Of a stretch of DNA of 15,468 nucleotides, positions 1-7,441 are shown one piece after another (position 1 is the first letter of the stretch; each line of letters opens with the position of its first letter). Origin of the DNA: Bdellovibrionota bacterium (GTDB lineage: Bacteria > Bdellovibrionota_C > UBA2361); NCBI GenBank assembly GCA_044352465.1, contig JBILDU010000075.1, positions 1 to 15,468 of the forward strand, given 5' to 3'. The position numbers were made by a program, and so were the translations under genes. A model generated the notes under the pieces. The model searched no databases, was not told the origin of the DNA, and was given only the letters and a program-made list of their open reading frames with translations.

Positions 1-783
1 GAGATCGATGGGGCAGAGCTTATCGGGTGTGGGATCTCCGCTCCCGGAACGATGTCGAGCAAACGGGGCTTGATCCTTGAGCCCCCGAACATGCCGCTCT
101 GGCGAGATGTGCCGGTGCGTCGCTGGGTCGCTGACGCTTTCGCCGCTCCGGTGGGGATGGAGAACGACGCCAATGCGGCTGCGGTGGCGGAATGGTTGTG
201 GGGGCACGCGAAGCGGGTCGATAATCTTATCTATCTGACGTGCGGCACGGGGATGGGCGCAGGACTTATCCTCGATGGCCGCTTGTATCGGGGCAAAGAG
301 GACCTCGCGGGGGAGGTCGGACATATCCGGCTGATGCCTTTCGGCCCGGTTGGCTTTTTTAAGGCGGGGAGCCTCGAGGGTTTAACGAAGGGTGGGGCGT
401 TAGCCGACATCGCGCGAATTCGTCTTCAAGAGCGTCATCCCCCGAGCGCGTTGGACGTGCTCCCACTTGAAACGCTCACCGGCCAAATCGTTGGGGAGGC
501 TGCGCTTAACGGCGATGCGCTCGCCCGCGCGGTGGTTATTGAAAGCGCCAGCTATCTAGGGCAGGCATGCGCCATCTTCATCGATATTCTCAATCCAGAA
601 AGGATCAGTCTTGGGAGTATCGCCCGCAGGCTCGGGAGCCTCTACGTTGATGCGGTTCGCGCGGCCGCTCAGCGGGAGGCGATTCCAGCGGCTTTTGCCC
701 ACTGTATCATCGATGTTGCAGCGCTCGGCGACCGCGTGCAAGATCTCGGCGCGCTTGCGGTCGCGCGTGAGGCTGTGGGTTAA
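1..783 (+). CDS. ROK-family sugar kinase (glucokinase-like), 5'-truncated
   Basis: Frame is open from base 1 (EIDGAELIGCGISAPGTM...), so the real start lies upstream of the window. ROK motifs: GISAPG, PPNMPLW, ENDANAAAVAE, LTCGTGMGAGLILDGRLYRG, AGEVGH, ILNPERISLG. Stop TAA at 781-783. Confidence 0.93.
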   Translation, partial: EIDGAELIGCGISAPGTMSSKRGLILEPPNMPLWRDVPVRRWVADAFAAPVGMENDANAAAVAEWLWGHAKRVDNLIYLTCGTGMGAGLILDGRLYRGKEDLAGEVGHIRLMPFGPVGFFKAGSLEGLTKGGALADIARIRLQERHPPSALDVLPLETLTGQIVGEAALNGDALARAVVIESASYLGQACAIFIDILNPERISLGSIARRLGSLYVDAVRAAAQREAIPAAFAHCIIDVAALGDRVQDLGALAVAREAVG

Positions 784-909
784 AATCCAGGTGGTCATAC
801 CGAATGCTCCGCTCTTTAAGGAAGTGGAGGAATGTGCGGATAGAGCGCAGCCAGCAAGTTCTACGGTGAACGGGCTTGCAGCCACGGAGTGCGAGATGAA
901 AGAACCTCA

Positions 910-1461
910 TCAACGCGCGACGAGCAGTCTGAGGGCGATGACCTGTGCGACCAAGATGAGCGCTACGACGAATTGGAAGCTGGGCTTTTGAGTTTTGTGG
1001 CGAAAGAGCTTCATCGCGAGGATGAGGCCGAGTGCGCCGCCGAGAGCGGCAAAGAGAAAGAGGACCTTTTCCGGCACCCGATTCGAACTGAGTGCGGCGC
1101 TCGATTTGTCGAAGCCGAGAACGATAAACGTCGCTCCGTTCACAGCGCTCAGAAAGGCGTAAAGGCGGGGCAGTTCGGCGTACATCACGAAGACCGCGTA
1201 AAGAACTGCAGTGAGGAGAACGGTCGCGCTCGCGAAGAATTTGTATGGACTGACTGGGGCGGCCGCTCTGAGGTGGATCTGAACCGCTTTCGGTCCTTTG
1301 TCCCCCCGGGTAGTTTCAAAGGAAACGGTCGCTCCGGGGGCGATCGATTCCTGCCCCGAGACCACGGCGCTTGCGTGAAAAAAGATGTCGTCGCCTCCGG
1401 TGTTTGGTCGAATAAAGCCGAAGCGGCGCCCACTATCAAATTTAACTATCGTGCCTTGCAT
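910..1461 (-). CDS. Cold-shock domain + DUF1294 membrane-domain fusion protein
   Basis: N-terminal CSD (MQGTIVKFDSGRRFGFI, DIFFHAS, VSFETTRGDKGPKAVQI). C-terminal DUF1294-type motifs (FDKSSA, RVPEKVL, ALGGALG, LFRHKTQKPSF) with hydrophobic helices. Starts 20 nt after the SNF2 stop, with AAGG just upstream. Confidence 0.9.
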   Translation of the reverse strand: MQGTIVKFDSGRRFGFIRPNTGGDDIFFHASAVVSGQESIAPGATVSFETTRGDKGPKAVQIHLRAAAPVSPYKFFASATVLLTAVLYAVFVMYAELPRLYAFLSAVNGATFIVLGFDKSSAALSSNRVPEKVLFLFAALGGALGLILAMKLFRHKTQKPSFQFVVALILVAQVIALRLLVAR

Positions 1462-1481
1462 GCCTTTTTTGGGGGGCTCGA

Positions 1482-4400
1482 TTATTCGATCGCTGGAGCA
1501 TCGTCGCTCCCTTCGCCAGTGGGCAGAGGGCTAAACAGATCCTCGAGTTCATTCTTCGAGAGACTGAGAGTCGACAGCCCGTTTTCGTTGATGAGAGCAT
1601 CGACGAGCTTCGCTTTGCGCGACTTCAGATCCATAATCTTCTGCTCGATCGAGTCTTCGGTCACGAGGCGGTAGACCGACACGGTTTTCGTCTGGCCGAT
1701 CCGGTGAGCCCGATCGACCGCTTGATTCTCCACCGCCGGGTTCCACCACGGGTCGTAGATAATCACGGTATCTGCCCCGGTCAAGTTCAGACCAGTTCCA
1801 CCCGCCTTGAGGCTGATGAGGAAGAGCTTCACCTCAGGATCGGTGTTGAATTGGTCGACGAGCGCTTGACGATCGCGGGTCGTGCCGTCGAGGTAGAGGT
1901 GATTAATCTGTGCCTCGTCGAGCCACCGCCGAATAATCGCCAACATCTCCCGAAATTGCCCGAAGAGGAGGATCTTCCGACCTGACTCGAGCGCCTCGAG
2001 AGTGAGGTCCTTCAAAAGCTGGAACTTGCCTGAGTCGTATCCGGGAAGCTCCTTGAGCGCGTCGATCGAGTTGGGGTGGTTACAAACCTGACGGAGGCGG
2101 AGGAGTGCTGCCAGAATTGAAACCGTTGCGCGGCGTACCCCCATTTTATTCACTGCATCGAACACCTTGGGGCGCACCTCCTCGAGGATCTGGCCGTAGA
2201 GCTCGCGCTGCGACTTCGTCATCCCGACATGCAAGGTCGACTCGATCTTCGGAGGCAGATCCTTCTCAACCTCGGCTTTCGTGCGGCGCAAAATGAACGG
2301 ACGGGTCTTGGCGTTGAGAAATTTCCCCACCTGAACCGCCGGGCCCCCGTCGAGGATCGGACGTTCGATGTAGTTACGGAAGAACTCACCGGAGCCGAGG
2401 TACCCCGGCATCAAAAAGTCCATGATCGACCATAACTCCATGGGGCGGTTCTCGGTGGGGGTACCGGTGAGCGCCACTCGGCGTCCCGCTTTGAGCGCTT
2501 TGGCTGCCTTGGTCGTTGCCGCATCGGGGTTCTTGATGTTCTGCGCTTCGTCGAGGATGAGGTAACTGAAGGTATTCTTCTCAAGATGCGGACGATCGAG
2601 GCGCAACAAAGCATATGAGGTGATCACGACGTCGTGATCTTTAATGCTTTCGAATGCCGCGCGACGTTGAATTCCGTGGAGCAGGAGGGTCTTGAGCCCG
2701 GGGGTAAATCGCCGCGCTTCATAGAGCCAGTTGGTGATGACCGACGTTGGCGCGACGACGAGTGCGGGCGCCTTAAAAAGCTTACTCTTCGAGTCCTTGA
2801 GGTGCTGCAAGTACGCCAGCGTTTGCACGGTCTTACCGAGACCCATCTCGTCAGCCAAGATCCCACCCAGCTCGAATTCGCCCAGGAAGTTGAGCCAGCT
2901 GAGCCCTTCGAGTTGGTAGGAGCGGAGTTTGCCGTGAAACCGCTTGCTGACCGGCACGAGGTCGACGTTCTTAAAGTCTTTGAGCTTCCGCGAGAGCGTT
3001 TTAAGCCGTGTGTCGATCACGACGTTGAACTGGTCGTCCTGGAGTCGGCTGAACCCGATCGCCTGGGCTGTGCTGAGACGGGTCTTGAGGGTGTTCGTCA
3101 GTCGAAAACTGGGGTCGAGCATGCCGAGAGTTGTCTTCAGATTCGTCAGTCCACCACCCGGTATCTCAGCAAAGGATCCGTTGTCGAGCCGGACCCACCG
3201 GTCGCTTTCGGGGTGCCCGGTCTTGAAAAGGGTGCTCAAGGGGAGGTGGGCGTTGTTCTGCAGGAGAGTGACTTGGCAATCGAACCAGTCGATCGGCCCC
3301 CGTTTCGACCCCTCGGGCGAATTGATAGCGATATTGAGCGACAGATTACTAAAACGAATCCCTTTCGAGATCCCCTCAAGTCCGGCCAGCCGCCACGTGT
3401 CGGGAAAAAGGGCGGCTCCTTTAGCGATCAGATCGAGGGAGCGATCCCCGCCAATTGTGTAGCGATTATGTTCCGGTTGAAACTCAAAGCCGAGCGAACG
3501 GAGGAATTCGGTATGTTCCCTCTCTTTAACGCGGTCGGGGAGATAGACGATGTTTTCGTCCTCTCGCGGCGTCGGGTATTCAAACTCAAGAAGGGCGCGG
3601 ATCTCAAACTTCTGGCGGGAGGCGAAGTGTTCCGAATGGTCCTCGCGTCGCTCAAGCTCGAGCACCGGAGTCGGTTGAGCCACCTCGCTTAACGGTTGGA
3701 GCTCCGGGTTGACGATGTGAATAAACGGCCCGAGTCCAGCGGCTCCTCCGATCGTCTCGAGGATCGGTCCCACTCGTGAGCGGGGCAAGGTTAAGGTGGA
3801 GGCGTGGGGGAAAATGGAGCCAATTCGCGATGCGTTCGGCGATATTCGATAGAGCGACTGGCCGAGTACGCTCCAGTGGGGGCCGGTGCCGAGCAGATCG
3901 CCTTCCCGAGGAACGGTCGAACCATCGGGAAGGATCCACTCCATGGAGAGCTCGGCCGCTCCAGCGAGCCAGTGAATCGCCAGGCGGGCCTCGAGAAGCT
4001 CCCGTTCGAAGCGGATCTGCCGACCGTTATCGGCGACGACGTCGGAGTATTCCTGTGCTATCCCCGAGATGATCTCGATGCCGCGGCTGGAGCTCACGAA
4101 CCACAATCGGTTCTCTTCGTCCCACGATCCCTCATCCTCGAGAACTTGGAGTAGGATGTTGTCGAGCGCGCGATCTGACTTCTTTTCAAAGTCGTGAAAA
4201 AGGCCGGGGGTTTGATCAGCTCCATCGAAGAATACCTTCACGCCGAGCCTGTCGCCGTTGAGGTGTAAGATGAGTGAGACAGTTGGATGAAACGGTTTGA
4301 TGATGGTCGCGTGGGCGCCTTTCATCTCGGTGATAACCGTTGCGATCTCCTCGGGGGAGCCGGGATTAACTCGAAAAGTCGATTCGCGCGCGACAAAACC

Positions 4401-4724
4401 GGATTCGGATTCCAGAAATCCGAGGTCGCTGGCGCGCCACAACAACGCCACCGCATGGTGGCACCACTGCTCGTGCATCTCCTCAAGGTCGGAACATGAG
4501 CACGTTGAATCGACCGACTCCCGTGAGGTCACCTGGAGGTTTACGGTGTGGGCATTGCCCTCACTTTCCTCAACGACCCCATGGATCGTGTTGCCTGAGC
4601 GGCTGCACTCGATCACACGCCCGGCGATCGCACAATCGATTCCGCGATCGAGCACTGAGTAGGGGGCTCGCCCTTTAAGATAATTGCTGAGTTTCGCTCG
4701 TTGGGCGCTTTGAGGATCGACCAT
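1482..4724 (-). CDS. SWIM zinc finger + SNF2-family (SF2) helicase/ATPase, 1080 aa
   Basis: SWIM motif CSC-x10-CHH. Motif I LADEMGLGKT, Ia VVAPTS, II LILDEAQ, III LTGTPTEN, V SLKAGGTGLNLT, VI QAVDRAHRIGQ. Confidence 0.96.
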   Translation of the reverse strand: MVDPQSAQRAKLSNYLKGRAPYSVLDRGIDCAIAGRVIECSRSGNTIHGVVEESEGNAHTVNLQVTSRESVDSTCSCSDLEEMHEQWCHHAVALLWRASDLGFLESESGFVARESTFRVNPGSPEEIATVITEMKGAHATIIKPFHPTVSLILHLNGDRLGVKVFFDGADQTPGLFHDFEKKSDRALDNILLQVLEDEGSWDEENRLWFVSSSRGIEIISGIAQEYSDVVADNGRQIRFERELLEARLAIHWLAGAAELSMEWILPDGSTVPREGDLLGTGPHWSVLGQSLYRISPNASRIGSIFPHASTLTLPRSRVGPILETIGGAAGLGPFIHIVNPELQPLSEVAQPTPVLELERREDHSEHFASRQKFEIRALLEFEYPTPREDENIVYLPDRVKEREHTEFLRSLGFEFQPEHNRYTIGGDRSLDLIAKGAALFPDTWRLAGLEGISKGIRFSNLSLNIAINSPEGSKRGPIDWFDCQVTLLQNNAHLPLSTLFKTGHPESDRWVRLDNGSFAEIPGGGLTNLKTTLGMLDPSFRLTNTLKTRLSTAQAIGFSRLQDDQFNVVIDTRLKTLSRKLKDFKNVDLVPVSKRFHGKLRSYQLEGLSWLNFLGEFELGGILADEMGLGKTVQTLAYLQHLKDSKSKLFKAPALVVAPTSVITNWLYEARRFTPGLKTLLLHGIQRRAAFESIKDHDVVITSYALLRLDRPHLEKNTFSYLILDEAQNIKNPDAATTKAAKALKAGRRVALTGTPTENRPMELWSIMDFLMPGYLGSGEFFRNYIERPILDGGPAVQVGKFLNAKTRPFILRRTKAEVEKDLPPKIESTLHVGMTKSQRELYGQILEEVRPKVFDAVNKMGVRRATVSILAALLRLRQVCNHPNSIDALKELPGYDSGKFQLLKDLTLEALESGRKILLFGQFREMLAIIRRWLDEAQINHLYLDGTTRDRQALVDQFNTDPEVKLFLISLKAGGTGLNLTGADTVIIYDPWWNPAVENQAVDRAHRIGQTKTVSVYRLVTEDSIEQKIMDLKSRKAKLVDALINENGLSTLSLSKNELEDLFSPLPTGEGSDDAPAIE

Positions 4725-4730
4725 TGGAGC

Positions 4731-4739
4731 ATGGTAGCA
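4731..4739 (-). promoter_or_regulatory. Putative extended -10 element (TG-C-TACCAT) 6 nt before the SNF2 ATG, suggesting a leaderless transcript
   Basis: Minus strand reads TGCTACCAT-gctcca-ATG. No Shine-Dalgarno sequence before the ATG at 4724. Confidence 0.4.
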
Positions 4740-4818
4740 CAGCCGGCGAATTTAGCGGAACTGGGGGAGCTACATTTAGCTGTAGGTTAGACCGGTGTGA
4801 GTGGAAAGAAGTGCCGAC

Positions 4819-5052
4819 TTAACGCTCGGCAGCGACCGCTTCGAAATCGGGCAGCAGGGCTGTTTCCAACATCGCCTGGCTCGCTATCCTTTGAATCCGT
4901 GAACTCGGTCCAGCCGATGCATCGGTGTCGAGGTCGAGAGGGTCGCGCCCAAGGCCAGGTAAGCCAAGCCCAGGTAAGCGGGTGCCCATCGGTGCCGATG
5001 CGGCGCTGCGGGTCATCGAATTACCAAGTGATAGGTCCAGAACTTGATTCAT
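4819..5052 (-). CDS. Small hypothetical protein, 77 aa (MNQVLDLSLG...FEAVAAER)
   Basis: ATG at 5052 is preceded by AGGAAG at suitable spacing. The ORF fills an otherwise empty ~500-bp gap, lies on the same strand as its neighbours and has an ECF-like promoter upstream. The ORF track start at 5097 is probably too early because it falls inside that promoter. Confidence 0.55.
   Translation of the reverse strand: MNQVLDLSLGNSMTRSAASAPMGTRLPGLGLPGLGRDPLDLDTDASAGPSSRIQRIASQAMLETALLPDFEAVAAER
4949..4978. repeat. 15-bp direct repeat x2 (14/15 identical), encoding LPGLG-LPGLG in the sORF
   Basis: ccaaggccaggtaag / ccaagcccaggtaag. The period is a multiple of 3. Confidence 0.8.
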
Positions 5053-5083
5053 AACGCTTCCTATACTCTCGCCCACACGCTCT

Positions 5084-5111
5084 TCAGATGGCAACACACT
5101 GAAAACGTTCC
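5084..5111 (-). promoter_or_regulatory. ECF sigma (sigmaE/RpoE-like) promoter candidate
   Basis: Minus strand GGAACGT-N16-TCTGA, compared with the sigmaE consensus GAACTT-N16-TCTGA. Lies about 30 nt upstream of the ATG at 5052. Confidence 0.55.
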
Positions 5112-5231
5112 GGGGTAAAGCAGTAACAATGTTTCAGATCCCGGCTTCCAAGTCTACAGTTTCTCGGTAAATCCCGCCGTGATCCGCCGCGGAATCTGCT
5201 CAAAGCTGCAAAAATGAGAGATATAGCGTGG

Positions 5232-5693
5232 TTATGAGGCAATCGCAGTTATATTCCACGACCAGCCGTGCCCGCCCGGTAGGGGGCTTTTAAAGCTGAA
5301 CCAGGTGGATCTCTCCTTGAGTAAAACGCTCCCCATGTAACGGGTTGATTCTATGACTCCGTTTCGGACTATCTGAAGGTGGAGGTGCACGTGGCCGTTA
5401 CCCTTGACGGTTCCGCGCCACCAGCCTTGATTTCCCGCTCTCTGGTACGATTTTTTTAACACCTGCGCGTACGTTCCCGGGGGGGCGAGCTCCGGCCGCA
5501 CGGCACCACTTGAGCGCGTGCTCGAGGCGGTGCTCCCCTTTGCTCGGCCACTCGGAGAGCTCGGGCGCTTTTTAAAAAGCTCCTGGTCGCACGGATAAAA
5601 TTGAACCATACCGTTGCAACGGTACATTCGCTGCGCCGCTGCGTCGCGCGATATGAGCCCGATCAGGCCGCAGATTATGAGCAAAGATCTCAT
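5232..5693 (-). CDS. Secreted hypothetical protein (153 aa) with signal peptide and DUF4124-like N-terminus
   Basis: Start reassigned to ATG 5693. Signal-like MRSLLIICGLIGLISRDAAA-Q, then MYRCNGMVQFYPC (resembles the DUF4124 YRC...PC pattern), a Ser/Pro-rich linker and a small beta-rich C-terminal domain. Confidence 0.75.
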   Translation of the reverse strand: MRSLLIICGLIGLISRDAAAQRMYRCNGMVQFYPCDQELFKKRPSSPSGRAKGSTASSTRSSGAVRPELAPPGTYAQVLKKSYQRAGNQGWWRGTVKGNGHVHLHLQIVRNGVIESTRYMGSVLLKERSTWFSFKSPLPGGHGWSWNITAIAS

Positions 5694-5700
5694 CTGCTGG

Positions 5701-5729
5701 ACCTTAAGACATAACGGCGCGCATCTCAA
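5701..5729 (-). promoter_or_regulatory. sigma70-type promoter candidate TTGAGA-N17-TAAGGT, 7 nt before ATG 5693
   Basis: Exact 17-nt spacer with TTG and TAnnnT hexamers. The TAAGGT could alternatively act as a Shine-Dalgarno sequence. Confidence 0.45.
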
Positions 5730-5803
5730 GATTCGGGCGCGTTCGACCGATTTCCACACTTGTGACACGCGAAATTGCGGGGTTACCCTACGTCGCATCG
5801 TTT

Positions 5804-6286
5804 ATGGAACCCCGGCTTCTCGACATCTTCGTTGAATCGGTACGCACCGTGGTGGGGGCTTTTGGGCTCGCACCGCTTGCGATCGGTGAGGTGTCGCTTG
5901 TGTCGAGCCATCGGATTGAGGGCGCGGTCGTCAGTTGTATAAGCCTCGGGGGCGATACAACAACGGGGAACATGGTTGTCAGTTTTGAGAGCGAAACCGC
6001 GCTTGAACTCGCCGCTATGATGTTAGGTGAGCCCCAAACTGAGCTGAGCGAGGATGTTTTGAGTGTCGTGGGTGAGGTCACCAATATGGTGTGTGGTGAT
6101 GCGAAACGGCGGCTCGGCGAGCTCGGTATCTCGGTGGGTATGGCGCGGCCAACGGTGCTACCGCGCGGTGCCTATGCTCCGGCTATTCAGGGGGACGGTG
6201 AAGTTGTCTTCTTTCCGTGTGCTAGCCCCGGTGGTCCTTTCTACGTCTCGATCGATTTCGGACTGACCTCGTCTCGCAAAGGATGA
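5804..6286 (+). CDS. cheX: Chemotaxis phosphatase CheX
   Basis: CheX-like pattern: IFVESVRTV, VVSCISLGG, GNMVVSF, LAAMMLG, catalytic E-x-x-N in VGEVTNMVCG, then MARPTV and GPFYV. Start placed at ATG 5804; the ORF track uses GTG 5762. Confidence 0.88.
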   Translation: MEPRLLDIFVESVRTVVGAFGLAPLAIGEVSLVSSHRIEGAVVSCISLGGDTTTGNMVVSFESETALELAAMMLGEPQTELSEDVLSVVGEVTNMVCGDAKRRLGELGISVGMARPTVLPRGAYAPAIQGDGEVVFFPCASPGGPFYVSIDFGLTSSRKG

Positions 6287-6341
6287 CACTCATCTCGATT
6301 GGTGGGTGGTGGGTTGCGAATCGTCGCACGGCGCGCCGGGA

Positions 6342-7214
6342 TTAATTCCCCAGTAATAAGACGCAGAGGCCCAGCACGAGCAGTGCAGAGGCGCTTAAGC
6401 GCTTCCGAAAGTCGTGCTCATTAAAGATAAGGTATCCCAGAACGACGATAAAGATAGTGTGGGTGCACTTCGCCGCCATCGCATATGCCACCATGGTATG
6501 GGAGAGGGACTCGAAAAAGAATCCCATGCCGAGTGCCCAGAAGAGCCCGGTAAGTACCGCGGTGCGCCGGTTCGCTCGAATAGGGGGCCACGGGTTGATT
6601 CGGCGCACCACCATCACCACCGTTAAGACGATCCAATCGATGATGAGCACGAGCCAGAGAAAATAAACACCGCTAGTTCGATCCCCTCCGTAGTTCATCA
6701 GGTTGACGAAGATTCCGTTAAGGACTGAGAAGAGGAGCATGGCGCGCGCGGCTCGGCTCGAGAGCATTCGCTGAACCGGTCGCAGCGCTTGGCGCAGATC
6801 TCCGGACTCCGCGAACATGAGCCATGAGGCGAGAACGATGATGCCGATGCCGACAAATGCGGCTTCTGAGGGGGCTTCCCCGGAGATAAACCATGCGATC
6901 ACCCCGGATACGATCGGTACAAAGGCGGTTAACGGCATCACCAACGAGATCTCGCCGTCGCGGATCGACCAGAGAAAGGTGAGCTCGACAAAGAAGAAGA
7001 AAATGCCTCCACCGAGCGCGAGCCAAAACAGGTCATTGGTGGCGACTAGCGGGGGTGGGACCGTTGCGAAAAAGATCGCGCCAAGGATGACGCCGAACGA
7101 CACGGGGATCCAGTTGACCACATAGGGGTGGATGCGCAAGCTGAGACTTTTTTTGCCGACGTCGCCGCAGGCGAAAAATAGGGCGGAGAGTATCGCAAGG
7201 AGGATTCCGAACAT
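6342..7214 (-). CDS. EamA/DMT-superfamily transporter, 290 aa
   Basis: About 10 hydrophobic helices in two repeats. Motifs GILLAILSALFFA, GEISLVMPL, ISGEAPS, GYLIFNE. Confidence 0.9.
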   Translation of the reverse strand: MFGILLAILSALFFACGDVGKKSLSLRIHPYVVNWIPVSFGVILGAIFFATVPPPLVATNDLFWLALGGGIFFFFVELTFLWSIRDGEISLVMPLTAFVPIVSGVIAWFISGEAPSEAAFVGIGIIVLASWLMFAESGDLRQALRPVQRMLSSRAARAMLLFSVLNGIFVNLMNYGGDRTSGVYFLWLVLIIDWIVLTVVMVVRRINPWPPIRANRRTAVLTGLFWALGMGFFFESLSHTMVAYAMAAKCTHTIFIVVLGYLIFNEHDFRKRLSASALLVLGLCVLLLGN

Positions 7215-7263
7215 TCAGTGCTCGCTTTGAGTGGTAGTTGCCCTAGAGTTTCGGGCGTTCTTT

Positions 7264-7327
7264 CCCCATCGTTGCATGGCCCCATCGTTGCATGGCCCCA
7301 TCGTTGCATGGCCCCATCGTTGCATGG
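7264..7327. repeat. Perfect tandem repeat (CCCCATCGTTGCATGG) x4
   Basis: Four exact 16-bp units with no spacers. Intergenic, 49 nt upstream of the DMT start codon. Confidence 0.97.
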
Positions 7328-7441
7328 GTGGACTCAGCTCCGACGGTTTCGGTAGCTCGACGAGGTCCCACCGATCAGCTCGAAGTTAATGTCTCACTGT
7401 ACCATCGCGCGATGGAATCGCATACTCCTGAGCCCTCAATT

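Noticed and set aside
889..1674. 261-aa plus-strand ORF
   Set aside because: Antisense shadow of the CSD-DUF1294 gene and the SNF2 3' end, with no recognisable motifs.
2634..3692. 352-aa plus-strand ORF and other ORFs nested in the SNF2, GT-C-like, asparaginase and ATP-grasp genes
   Set aside because: They overlap well-supported genes, and long shadow ORFs are expected in GC-rich DNA.
1482..4724. Anti-phage defence system built on the SNF2 helicase
   Set aside because: No adjacent nuclease, DNA methylase or other defence-type partner. The architecture is the common stand-alone SWIM-SNF2 type.
7264..7327. CRISPR array
   Set aside because: Units are 16 bp and directly abutting with no spacers, and there are no cas genes in the window.
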